Of a stretch of 64,000 nucleotides of DNA, positions 1 to 10,922 are shown one piece after another (within the stretch, counting starts at the first letter, position 1; each line of letters starts with the position of its first letter). The stretch is from Felis catus. Its lineage: Eukaryota. Below the pieces are notes generated by a model. The model ran no database searches and had not been told where the DNA came from. It worked only from the letters and a program-made list of their open reading frames with translations. The translations under genes and the position numbers were made by a program. The DNA is taken from positions 113,524,001 to 113,588,000 of the forward strand of contig NC_058368.1 in assembly GCF_018350175.1 (NCBI RefSeq). The letters run 5' to 3'.

Positions 1-349
1 GAGGGTTCTTCTGAAATGAAGGTATATCCTTTTGAAAGTCATGTGTAGAAATTCTGACCCTTTCCAGGGGAGAATTTCTAAATTACAAATGCCTTTGCAT
101 GCTTTAACGTGGCTTATTGTGATGTCTCAGTCACTGCTAAATTGCAAAGGAGTAAGGCTCTTGGAGGCTGCTAAGATATGGATAAGCTCAGACTGATCTT
201 CAAAGGAAAACCTTTCTTGGCACCTGCTCCCCAGACACATGCAACACAGTAAGTTCCCCACCTACAGATTCAACACTGGCCCTGCACATACATGCTTCAC
301 AGCCCTTAACACATCCCACTGGAACTGGTGACTGACTTCTGCCCATGCT

Positions 350-685
350 CTACTCTGAGCTCCTCCAGGGCTGGCACTACAGCTTTTTTTTTATGTTTAT
401 TTATTTTGATAGAGAGACCATAAGAAGAGGAGGGGCAGAGAGAGAGAGAGAGGGAGAAAAAGAATCCCAAGCACTGACAATGCAGAGCCCCATGTGAGGT
501 TCCATCTCGCAAACCACGAGATCATGACCCGAGCTCAAATCAAGAGCTGGGCGCTTAATCGACTGAGCCATCCAGGCAGGCATCCCTACGATTTTTCTGT
601 TTTACTCCCAGAACCTGGCTGGTGCCCGTGAAAACAGTGCAAGTTCAATGTTTGAAAACGAATGAATCCATGTACGAATGAATAA
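350..685 (+). mobile_element. L2 3'-end fragment interrupted by a Can-SINE
   Basis: 'ctgagctcctccagggctggcac..tcccagaacctggctggtgcc..gaatgaat' resembles the L2 terminus. Confidence 0.55.
384..586 (-). mobile_element. Can-SINE (older feliform type)
   Basis: poly-T, (GA)n, then reverse tRNA-like head 'gactgagccatccaggc'. Confidence 0.95.
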
Positions 686-1723
686 AATGTTCTACTTGAA
701 GGCATGAGCTGAAATGCATATGTAGAAATTTTAATACCAATTTTGTTTAAATAAAAAAAAAACAGGGTCCAGGGTAAGAGCAACCCATTAAAGTCGCAAA
801 GGAGGGAGTAGAAGGGGTTACCTTCTACCATGTTACACGTCAAAGCCTTGGTTGATTTCTTGTTGTCAGGTTGGCCATCATGATCACATCAAATACTGAA
901 GCCGCAGAAGTGAAGTTCATCGTCAGAAGTGTGAACCTTTGATACGTGGTAGGTAAACTTTTGCCCCCAGGTTTCAGTATCAATTGCATATACATACTTC
1001 AGGTACAACCTAGCATCATTTTCAGCAGCAGGGTCTGTGCCAACAGCAGCCACACATGGGACAGTCGAAACAGGGACATGATTCACGGGCAGGTCCTCGC
1101 TGTATCTTAAATAACTCAGAGGAGGACAGTGGTGATGATTTACAAGGGCCATCAGGAGACTGGCTTCATGCTTGCTGGTTATCAGTGGAAAGAGCTCTCT
1201 GAGGACCATGCTTACACCCAAGTGGTCATTGAGCAGACTCAGAAAGAAGCTTCCATTTAGAAACCACGATGAACTGATTTAACAAATGAACTATCAGTGC
1301 CCTTGAAAGCCTCCTGGGATTAACCTGTTTCTACAAAGGAAGTTTCAATGTTCATGACTCATGTCAATTGCACAGCATTTCCAGGCAGTCTCTTCCACGA
1401 ATGAAATCACTGGATTCAACCCAACAACTCACCAGGTCATTATAGTAAGCATTTTACTCTTTTGTTATTGTTGTGTTAAAAAAAAAAATCCAATGACTAT
1501 AGTTGTCAATTCAATACATTTTTAACAATCTGTCTTAGACAATCTCAGACAAATAACCAAACTGATAAAATACCTTCCATCACCATAGTCATTTTAGGCT
1601 CCCAAGTCAGTAAAATAAGACAGCTCACTGGCCTTTTTATGAATACTAGCTCAGCACGCAAGGAAGGAAAAATGAAGCCACATTTCCCACAGAATATACA
1701 ACAAGAAACATTGCATCCTTTAC

Positions 1724-1769
1724 CTTGGTCAAAAGGCTTGTTGGGATTCCAGTTTCTGAAATAATCATC
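1724..1769 (-). CDS. SPOCK1: Testican-1 internal coding exon, 46 nt, phase 0 to 1: DDYFRNWNPNKPFDQ(A)
   Basis: Minus strand tttttttttccttatatag|GATGATTATTTCAGAAACTGGAATCCCAACAAGCCTTTTGACCAAG|gtaaag. The peptide matches recalled human SPOCK1 (..NRFRD-DDYFRNWNPNKPFDQALDPSKDPC..). Recalled SPOCK2 and SPOCK3 differ here (DDYIKSW, DDYFRTWSPGK). Confidence 0.97.
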
Positions 1770-4700
1770 CTATATAAGGAAAAAAAAATAGAAAACAAAG
1801 GTCAGATTTCAGAAAGCTTCTCACATAACTACACAAAAACCTGCCTTTCTCCCTATCTCCCGAAACACAAAGGAAAGCATGAATGGCTTAGAAATCTTTC
1901 CCCAAACAGACATTTATGTGAAATCAAAAATATCAATTTACTTTTCAAATTCTTGTCTTTCAAACTACATGCATTAAACACTGGGAAGAGTAAGAAACAT
2001 TTCAGCCTCATATGGAAACAACGATGCTCTTCTCGGTTTGACAGATAAACGGAGACAGCTTCCAAAAGCAAGGTGGATTTGCTATCAATTATGCTGCAGG
2101 TGATGCCCTGCTGCCCTCACTTATGATTAGGCCTCTGTGTTTGTAACAGCTGATAATTTCAACTGTCAACATTCCCTTCATGCGGAGACACATAACTTGC
2201 AGTGCAGTTACAGTTTTCCAACACTGGCAAAAGTTAAAAGCAGAGGACCGTTCAAATGTGAGCATTAACCAGAGGCATACATTTAGCTTCGTACCATTTG
2301 TTCTGGATGTGTGACAGCAAAACAATAAAGACTGGCCAATCCACTCAATGCTGCTTATATCAATTTATGCCGAGGAGAGACACTTTGTTCCTTGGAAATT
2401 CACTGGGGTCCAGGCCACTCACTTATTTATAGTTACATGAACCTCTTCTCCCCTTTTGAGAACCTCTCCTTCTTAACTGCTGCCTGCTCTCTTTATCCTC
2501 CCCTCCCCCACCTGCACTGTCCCCCAGCATACCCACCCTGTCCCAGCAACCGGTTTGCAAGGTGAAGGGGCTTCACGCGTGTTTATCACCCCCACATCAT
2601 TTTAGGGCTTGCACACCTTTTCAGGTCATTTCCTCCTCGACCTAATCTACCCAACATTATTTGCTGTCTGTGTTTTTGGCAGGTACTGTGCATGCTGCAG
2701 AGTTATAGAGAGCTGCCTACAAAGAGGCCTCAATTTCTCTTCCGGAGAAGCTAATTTACATCAAAGTGCACAATTAGTTTAAATTATTGTCCACACTGTC
2801 TCCGGCTGCAGTTTATCTCCGACAAGATCTCCTGTGAATTTTATCAGCCTCTGTGTCGTTCAATTACCTGGCTTTATTAGATCCTTGTTGAGTTCACCTA
2901 AGCCCTTAAATAGATTTTAGGAAACTGGATTTAGAGCAAAATCACAACATATTGCTTCTTGGGCAGTGATTCCATTTTCCAGAACATGAATAAACATGAA
3001 CAGGTTCCTCTGGATGCTAGGGATTCAGCATTAAATTGTTTTTAACTCCAAGGAATTGGGCCACTTTGCTCTGGCTTTAATGTTAGGGCATGACTGACCT
3101 TCTCACCCATTTGGTTCAGAAGACCCTAAGGGCCACACCATGAAATATCAATGAGAAAGTTTAAAACAAGCCCTCTGCTATGTCTCTCCCCACCTATGAT
3201 TTTAAATACAATCCTAATCTTTTGAACTATGTGGTTTGAAACTCAGCAGCCCGGGTTAAATGAGTCCAAGTTAAGGACTGGATGGGGGTGGGGGTGGGGG
3301 GGGGGGCTTAGCCTCCGATTTCTTAGCTGGATGGTCGTCAATGTGCTCTCAGCTCTGTACACAAGCATGTCACCGACACATTCTGCTGGTCACGAGGACA
3401 GGAGAAGAATGAATCTAGGAAGAACCTATCCTCACTGCTGGAGAAAAAAATAACATCCATCCTTCCAACCGTGGTTCATCAGCGCCCTCTTCACATATAG
3501 AGCCCAGCTTCCTATCCCTATCCTCGTGCAATATGTTCTACTTGAACATGCTGTTCTAAGACATGGAAGTCCTTGGAAGCTTAGGATGTGTGTCCGACAG
3601 GGAAGGACTGAAGCCGAAGACAAGTTCCTTTACTTTAATTTCACTTGCCACATTCCCTTTGATGTCAAAGAAAGGTATGAGTAAGTCTCAAGAGCTGAAT
3701 ATTCCCTAATGATTTCAACCTCCTTTGTAACCGGGATGGCATGTGAATGAAGCATGCTTCTGGACCTTGTCACTTTTCCAGGTTAACTACAATGGCCATT
3801 TTTACATATTTCTCAGGGGGGAAAAAAATCACCATTTTAAATACAAAGCCTTTCAGTCATAAAAGCAGGTATGTGCATTCAAATAGTTTCAACTGATTGC
3901 AAAGGTAAAAAAATACTGCCTAATTGCTGCCAAGATGTGAAAGTGCACCTTGAGTGAACACTCGTTATGCAAAGGCAGTCCTTCAGGCAGCCCCTGGCCC
4001 AGCAAGGCCGAGCACGGAAGGAAACTGATTCCCTGTACCTGGTACCTGACTGCTTTTGCTCTGCTGTAGGAACGTAGATTGCCTAGGCAAAAACCAATGA
4101 GCCAGGAACAGATAAACCCATGAGTGTAACTGTTTGGCTAGAACAAAGAGAAACCCCTATCAGAGGCCAAGGTCATGAACACGTGGCAAACAGGAAAGAA
4201 CCAGAGCCCAGCTGGGGGGTGGTCAGGGAGCACCGGGGTGGGGCATGGAGGCAGCAAAGTGGAGGATGAAATGCTGGGCAGACAGAGCACCCCGCCACAC
4301 GGAATGTGCCAGGTCTTACTGGCCCGCACACATGGCAAGTCCAAGCAGGCAGGGGCGGTATCCATTGATCCGCCCCACGTCTGCGAGGATTTCCAGGGAG
4401 GCAGCATCTAAACTCAAGTGGAAAAAGCCACAGATAAAAGACGGCCCCTTCTAGAGCTGCACCTCCTGAGAACGTGCTCATCCCTGAATCCCACTTATCA
4501 GAAGGACAACTGTCTGTGGCACTGAACCAACACTATCAGCACGAGGGCTGGTCATTTCTCCCGGGCTCAAGACTGGAGACAGGGGGTGGGGAAGAAAAAC
4601 CACCCCAGCTTGTCTTTTATTTTCTATCTAAATTAATACAGCTATATCCTCTTTACACTGTCCTAAAATAGACCCATGACTTCCGGTGCCGTGGGCAGTT

Positions 4701-5489
4701 CTGCCAGTTTTCTCAGAGTTACAATTCCCACCCTGGGAACCATGCGTGTCCCCACAAAACCCCAATGCCGCAGTGAATTAAAGAGTGTTCCCGCTGCACG
4801 GACCCGAGTCCCTTCCAGATATCAGCCCAGGACAGGACTTTAAGAGCCCCTGCCTGTCATCTTCCTTCCAGCCCAAGAAGGTTGTGACCTGGTCAAATTC
4901 AGACCGTGGGGGAAAGGCACACGGGATGTGTCAGATCAAACTTGCCAGGGGAGGCGAGCGTGTCTGAGTTGGCCTCTTAACTGGTCATTTTATCATCTAA
5001 TGAGGAGGCTTCTCAAAATGACTTGCAAGGACCCCAGCAACAGTTCATTTTTAAAACATAAACCTAGATAGAAAGATGCATATCTAAATATAGTCACCTA
5101 CTAAATTCAGCAACGCCTATTAGTGTATTACGCAGGCTAAGGAATGAAGGTAGGCAGTGTTACCACATGTGTATATTTTATGGGCTCTACTACACAGCGT
5201 AACGTCAGGCCCCTGCTAGACAGGGCAGAGAAGAGGCTTCCTCTAAATTCTAACCATATGAGGGAAGGCTGATTCCATTTTATTGTAGCATTGCTTAAAT
5301 GAAACTTACCCAACTTTTTAGGTTCTGCTAACATCTAGAAGAACCTATCAAATTAAACAGAGTCTCAAACTTGAGCACGTTCACACTTTCATCCAAAATC
5401 ATGAAACGTCTCAAGGCAGGAGGATAAAGTTACAGGAAGCCAGAATCAAAAGTTAGCATAACAATCACAGTAACAAAGTGACACATCAT

Positions 5490-5687
5490 GGGGCACCTGG
5501 GTGGCTCAGTCGGTTATGCACCGGGCTCTTGGTTTCAGCTGGCCTCCTGGTCTCACAGTTTCTGAGTTTGAGCCCCGCGTCGGGCTCTGCACTGACAGTG
5601 CTGAGCCTGCTTGGGTTTCTCTCTCCCTCTCTCTGCCCCTCCCTCACTGTCGCTCTCAAAATGAATAAAGTTTAAAAAAAAAAAAGA
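5490..5687 (+). mobile_element. Can-SINE (older; host of a nested SINE)
   Basis: ggggcacctgggtggctcag head, (CT)n, AATAAA tail; outer TSD gacacatcat at 5480-5489 and 5930-5939. Confidence 0.95.
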
Positions 5688-5925
5688 GGGGCGCCTGGGT
5701 GGCTCAGTTGGGTTAAGCGTCCGACTTCAGCTCAGGGCATGATCTCATGGTCCATGAGTTCAAGCTCTGCACTGGGCTCCGTGCTGACAGCTCAGAGGCT
5801 GGAGCCTGCTTCAGATCCTGTGTCTCCCTCTCTCTCTCTGCCCCTCACCCATTCATGCTCTCTCTCTCTCTCTCTCCAAAAAATGAATAAACATTAAAAA
5901 AATTTTAATGAATAAAAATAAAAAG
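5688..5925 (+). mobile_element. Felid Can-SINE inserted in the A-tail of the preceding SINE
   Basis: ggggcgcctgggtggctcag head directly after the A-run; lies inside the outer TSD. Confidence 0.95.
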
Positions 5926-8238
5926 AAAGGACACATCATTACCTGTGTAGGATGAGAAAGAAGGCAGTGGTGCTCTTGTTAAAGAAAGAATCAAAGACTG
6001 GCAAAGATTACAGTCCCACTTATTTTAATCCTCTGCAGCTGATCAATGCAGGGGACAAAGACACCTATTTCTCCACTTATCTCAGTAAATATCCTCCTAA
6101 CACAGAAAAGGATCCTGTAAAATTACTGGCACTCAGGGGTTGGTGCAAAGGAATTTAACTCTGGGTTTTCAACTACTTTAGAGATACTCTGTTTTGATAA
6201 ACATGCACGGGAAAGGAAGTCTATTTAAAGTGTATACGTATACAACACATATTGTATACTATTATACAATTACTATACAATTATTCTGCTCTGTAACTCA
6301 TCTTCCCATAAAATCGTTAAGCCTCCCTAGCACGAAATGATGTGAAAAATATTCCTGCTATAATTTGAGTGATTCAAGTCTCTTCATCATGGATGATCGT
6401 AACAAATTGGAAAAGCTATGGTTCCATCCCATTCTGAATGGGAACCTGAATTTCTCTTTCACTGTCCCAGAGCCCCAAGATGGCGGGTGCAATTTAGCTC
6501 AAATATTCCCCAAGGATTTCCCTTTCCAGGAGTGCTCATTTCAGCTCCACACAATGTGGACCCAGACTCTGAGGCAGAGATGAGGTGGCAGGACAAAATG
6601 GAAACCACTTATGAAACCCAACTTGCCTTAGTTTTACTTACAAACATGGTGATGTCATTTATTATCTACCTTAAAGCTCCAGGTAGTACAGATCCAAGAC
6701 ACTTAACTCACATGGAACACATCACTTCTCCTTCATACATATTTTAGCCCAGTTGTTTGCACTCCGCAGTTTCATCTAAAGATTGCCTGAGATAATACAA
6801 ATCATCAGCCTTGCAAATAAATGGGAGCCTCCCCCGTCTCAACCAGGAGGGAGCAACAGGGATTCAAACAGAAGGAAGGAAGGTGAAGGGAGGGCAGACA
6901 GCCTCTGTGGCGTCATCTGTGGACCCGCTGCGGGTAAATGCAAAAGGGAGAAGAAGCACTCCCCTGCAAGGTCAGGCAGACTAAAGTGGGGTTTGCAGCT
7001 CCCGGATGGGGTAGATCCCCATTTACTGAAACCAAAAGCTTGAAAAAGAGATTAAGGGACTGTAAGCAAACCGCTCACCAAAAGATTCAGGGCACCCTAG
7101 TTCTGTTAATTTTCACACCACTTGACTGGGAACGTTAGGAGGAAGGGCTGGTCGGCAGGTGGAAAGAATGTCTCTAAAACGTACCAGAAGTCACTGGAAA
7201 GGTGAGACTCCCAGATGACATCATACAGTGCCTCGGCTGTATAATTAGACATCTGACCGCAATTTTAACTGGCACGCAAGGGCAATTTCTACTACCCCAT
7301 CTACTGGGCGGTACAAAACATTCCATTTGTTTACTGGGAAAGGAGCTGGCTTCCCATACCAGCACCTTATCTCTGTCCAGTTCTCTCTCTGGGCAAGGGA
7401 CAGAGAACTCCAGCAGGCCTGTCCCGCCCATTCCTGGCAAACAGCCCCACCAGGGAGGAATCCTTCTGAATGAAGTGGCTCAGCTAAGTGGCCCACCTTG
7501 TTTCAGTGACCTGAAGCCCCACCGAGCTTCCCTCCACAGACCCCCACTCAGGAGAACCCTGTTTGCCAGCAAGTGGGAGCTGTGTGCATGAATGCATTTC
7601 CATGTGAACATATCACTGCCACATACCTGAGCCTAGCCTACCTCGGGGCAGGGAAGGAAGATCAGACTCACCTGCATATTCCCCCAAGGCATCACTCAAA
7701 AGCACACAATGAATCCTACCTAAATCGTGTAAAATAGAAGGAAGCTGCTCCAGCTTTAACATCTTTGTGTTCCTGTGAAAGTCCCATAACCGTTACTGGG
7801 ATGCGTGTAAATACAGGTGGGTATATGTTTATACACTCTAAATCACTTTCTTCCTGAATAGAGCGATTCTTTGATAAATTGGTTTGACATTTGGTATAAA
7901 GTCCTGCAGGCCCTAGACAAAATGATTTAGAAAATAACAATGTCAGTTGCTCTGCTCTTTCAATAAATAACACACCAGTAAAACACAGATAATAACTGAC
8001 AATCATACTTGTACTATAACTAATGAGAAAAGATAAAGCAGCAAATGGACTGTTTATATGCATTTGATAAATTGCATCCCCTGGATATACCAATGAAAAA
8101 TAAATGTGTGCGGTGCTGGTTCACTGAACTAAAACAAATATTTACCACTGAGATTTAGGATTAAGAATGAAATTTACATTTTATTTGGCAACTATTTGGA
8201 TGCTATGTCTACATACAGTTGAAAAGTCAAAAACCTAC

Positions 8239-8247
8239 CTCAACTTC
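8239..8247 (-). CDS. SPOCK1: 9-nt in-frame microexon encoding Glu-Val-Glu (EVE)
   Basis: Minus strand taatgctttcgtactcag|GAAGTTGAG|gtaggt; phase 0/0, 6469 nt upstream of the DDYF exon. It gives FRD-EVE-DDYF, the sequence recalled for SPOCK2, SPOCK3 and mouse Spock1. Confidence 0.92.
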
Positions 8248-9174
8248 CTGAGTACGAAAGCATTATAAATGAGAAAAAAAAAAAATAAAAGAATCAAACA
8301 AGAGGAAGGAATGTAAACATTTTCGATAATTGCATCAAATTTTCATATTATCATAACATTACAAAGATCATATGCAAGTATTTTCTGTTAAGTCACCAAC
8401 CATCATACCTTTGAAAAAGTGCCATCGTTCATTAAGTTCATGGGGAGAAACATTAGGTTACCGGGTAGAATAACACAAGTGGGGAAAAATCAGAGCGTGC
8501 TCTAGTGATCCATGTAGTTATTGCAGACCAGACAGCAAAATCATGATTAAATCCCAACGCTCAGTCATGATTTCTATCTATGAGAATTGCAAGTGAATAA
8601 TTTCCTATGACACTGGTCCAAAGGGTGAAATTCGGTAAAAATCCTGAGATGACATCAGAGACCAGAAGTAACAGACCTTCTACATTTCTGCAAAGAAATT
8701 CTCCTGCCTTACAGCTCCAAAATAGCTTGAAGGAGTCTAAAACCTGAGAAAGACATGAATTTAGGTCTTAGAAACAGGTAATATGAGTAAGACTGTCATG
8801 GCGCCTCTAGCCAATTAAAGGATGACAGCCACCACAGAAGAGTTCCAGCTTCCTCACACTTTCTATGTCTCCCCATCTGTCCATCCAATCTGAGGTTGTG
8901 GGAAGTGACCCACTGTCTTGTTCATTTCTCAGTGAGAAAAACCAAGTCTGAGATTGCTTCCCAAAAGTATGGTCTGCAGTGGTTTTTGTTCTGGGATATG
9001 AATGGGTCTATGAGGCTATGTGTGTATTCGACCAAGCCAAAGGACGTCCCCCAGACTCAAAGCCATCCCTATCCCTGACTTTATTAGCAATATTATCAAA
9101 ATACTTGTGCTAACCACGAGCCGCCTTCTGAATACCCAGGAGAGAAACAGCCAGAACTATGGAGGCAAAGGCAG

Positions 9175-9300
9175 AGGAGACAGGATAAAACAAGACCGGC
9201 TCTGATGCAGATATGGGTTTAAATTATTTCTCTGGCACTCATTGGCTGTGTGGCCCCTGCACAATCACTCAGCTTCCCAAGAGTCACACTTCCCTTATCT
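9175..9300 (+). mobile_element. MIR fragment
   Basis: 'tgggtttaaat..tctggcactcattggctgtgtggcc..aatcactcagcttc' MIR core. Confidence 0.6.
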
Positions 9301-9339
9301 TTCTCTTATCCGCAGCCACCTTGAAGGTGGCTTTTTATA

Positions 9340-9421
9340 GGACTATACTGTATAGGACAAAAAAAATCCATGCACAAGTGGACTCACACAGTTCAGACCC
9401 ATGTTGTTCAAGAGTTAACTC
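9340..9421 (-). mobile_element. Tigger2a-type terminal fragment
   Basis: 'aaaaaatccatgcacaagtggactcacacagttcagacccatgttgttcaagagttaact' is the reverse of the left end of the element at 54543. Confidence 0.75.
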
Positions 9422-9913
9422 TAACAGGTATAAAATTTCAGTAATGTGACTTCTGGTGCATCTGAATCTTACCAATTAGGCCCAAGTGAAGGGAGGCCAA
9501 TTGTACCCGGTAACAATAATTATCAAGCCTCTTAAATGCATGTAATTTTATTAGTGTCACGTACGAAGAGGAGCTTAGAAAAATAAAAAATCAGTGAAAT
9601 TTGAAAACTTGAGTTCCAGGCATGTCTCTGTTTCAAGGTCAGGCTTATACTCTCTAAGATTCAGCGACCCCATCTTTAAAAAACAAAAACAAAACAAAAC
9701 AAAAAACAAAAAACAAAGGTAATACACCACAGAGCTGTTTGTGCATCAAGTTTTGAACCACTATTAAATATTACATTTAACTCCATTAAAGTTTCTATTG
9801 TAAGTAACTATATCCTGATAAGGAAACTGGGCAAGCTCTGGACAGGTGACATTTCCATGTCATCACTGTATGAATGGAAAGAACAGACAGTGTTTGGCAC
9901 CCCAAAATGAGGC

Positions 9914-9932
9914 CCCTGCCATCTTGTGGCGT
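9914..9932 (-). promoter_or_regulatory. Candidate CTCF site
   Basis: Minus strand CGCCACAAGATGGCAGG fits the CCAC-N-AG-R-K-GGC-R core; motif only. Confidence 0.55.
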
Positions 9933-10204
9933 GTGAGCCTTTACCTCAGAGAAAATACCAGTTATACACAGAAAATACCATGAGGCCTACCTTTGTCCAA
10001 GTAGCACAAATTCCAAGTTGAAGAGTTCTGTGAAGGCCACACCTGCCACATCCGTAGGCTGTCCAACCATGAACAGCCAGACACTACCTTCTAGACTATC
10101 AGGTACAGCTATTAACTATCACCTCGCCCCTTCTCCCGCCCCACCCATGCTGCGCGGGAGGCACGACTGGGGACAGTAGACGTGGTCATCCTCCTTGCTG
10201 ACCA

Positions 10205-10350
10205 CTGGACTCACTGGAGGGCTTTCCCAACACAGATGCCTCAGCCAGGAGCAGCCGCTTCACTGGTCTGGGCTGTGGCCTCCACAGGGGGGACAGTTTT
10301 TGGTTTTTTTTTTTTTTTAAGTTCCCCGGATGATTCTAATGGTTAGCCCC
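10205..10350. mobile_element. MER5-like hAT fragment
   Basis: 'ggtctgggctgtggcc..ttttaagttccccggatgattctaatg'. Confidence 0.45.
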
Positions 10351-10922
10351 CTCAGGGGCTAAAGGAAGCCACACATCAACTCAATCACAGTAAATGAAGG
10401 ATGACTCAGGAATAGTCTGGCCCACAAAGGTAGCACACCAGACGCAGCCCATCAAAGGCCTAACTCTGTCAACATCCAGAGCTTTCCAGAGTTGACTCTT
10501 CCAATCCCACGCTAACCCCTCAAGGCGTCCCCAGCTCCATATACAGCACGCATGTCCACTGGCTGCCCAGGAGAGAACCCAGGTCTCAGGTGGGACTCCT
10601 CTTCCTTCTTTTTGCTGTTCAGGCAATAACTTCAAGGGAGGGGGGGGAGGCAATAATGGGAACCTGGGACTAGCGAGGTGACACTGGTGGGTCTTGGGTT
10701 GATCAAACTGTACAAGAGACCTGCAGGTGGGGCTCTGCCCCACACCCTCACCCCACATATATTCATGCCTGAGTCACCTGCAAGGAACAAGCAGCCTTCG
10801 GGACTTGGCTCACCACAGCTGTGTTCAAAGTCAGGCCTTGTAGCAAATTGAAGTTCACATCAAAAAGTTCAAATCCAAAAAAAAAAAAAAATCAAAGAGT
10901 AGTATTACTATTAATTGTACAC

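Larger units (their letters stand above)
1..1723 (-). other. SPOCK1: SPOCK1 intron downstream of the 46-nt exon (continues beyond window start)
   Basis: Begins at donor CAAG|gtaaag. The expected next exon (..LDPSKDPC.., recalled) is not seen in 1-1723. Confidence 0.9.

Noticed and set aside
889..1221. 110-aa minus-strand ORF with protein-like composition
   Set aside because: No recognisable family, stops on extension, and lies in a SPOCK1 intron. The adjacent exon-like segment (~822-895) has stops in all three frames.
1756..1765. Internal tttcag acceptor 14 nt into the 46-nt exon
   Set aside because: It would frameshift, and the upstream acceptor has the far better pyrimidine tract and restores the known peptide.
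1725..2048. 107-aa + strand ORF overlapping the real exon
   Set aside because: Antisense shadow of the SPOCK1 exon and its acceptor; non-ATG start.
3283..3306. G-runs with quadruplex potential (also 53425-53455)
   Set aside because: Simple homopolymer expansions, error-prone in assemblies, with no functional context.
5490..5570. tRNA-like A/B boxes at SINE heads as tRNA genes
   Set aside because: They continue into SINE body, (CT)n and A-tail with TSDs; tRNA-derived retroposons, not tRNAs.
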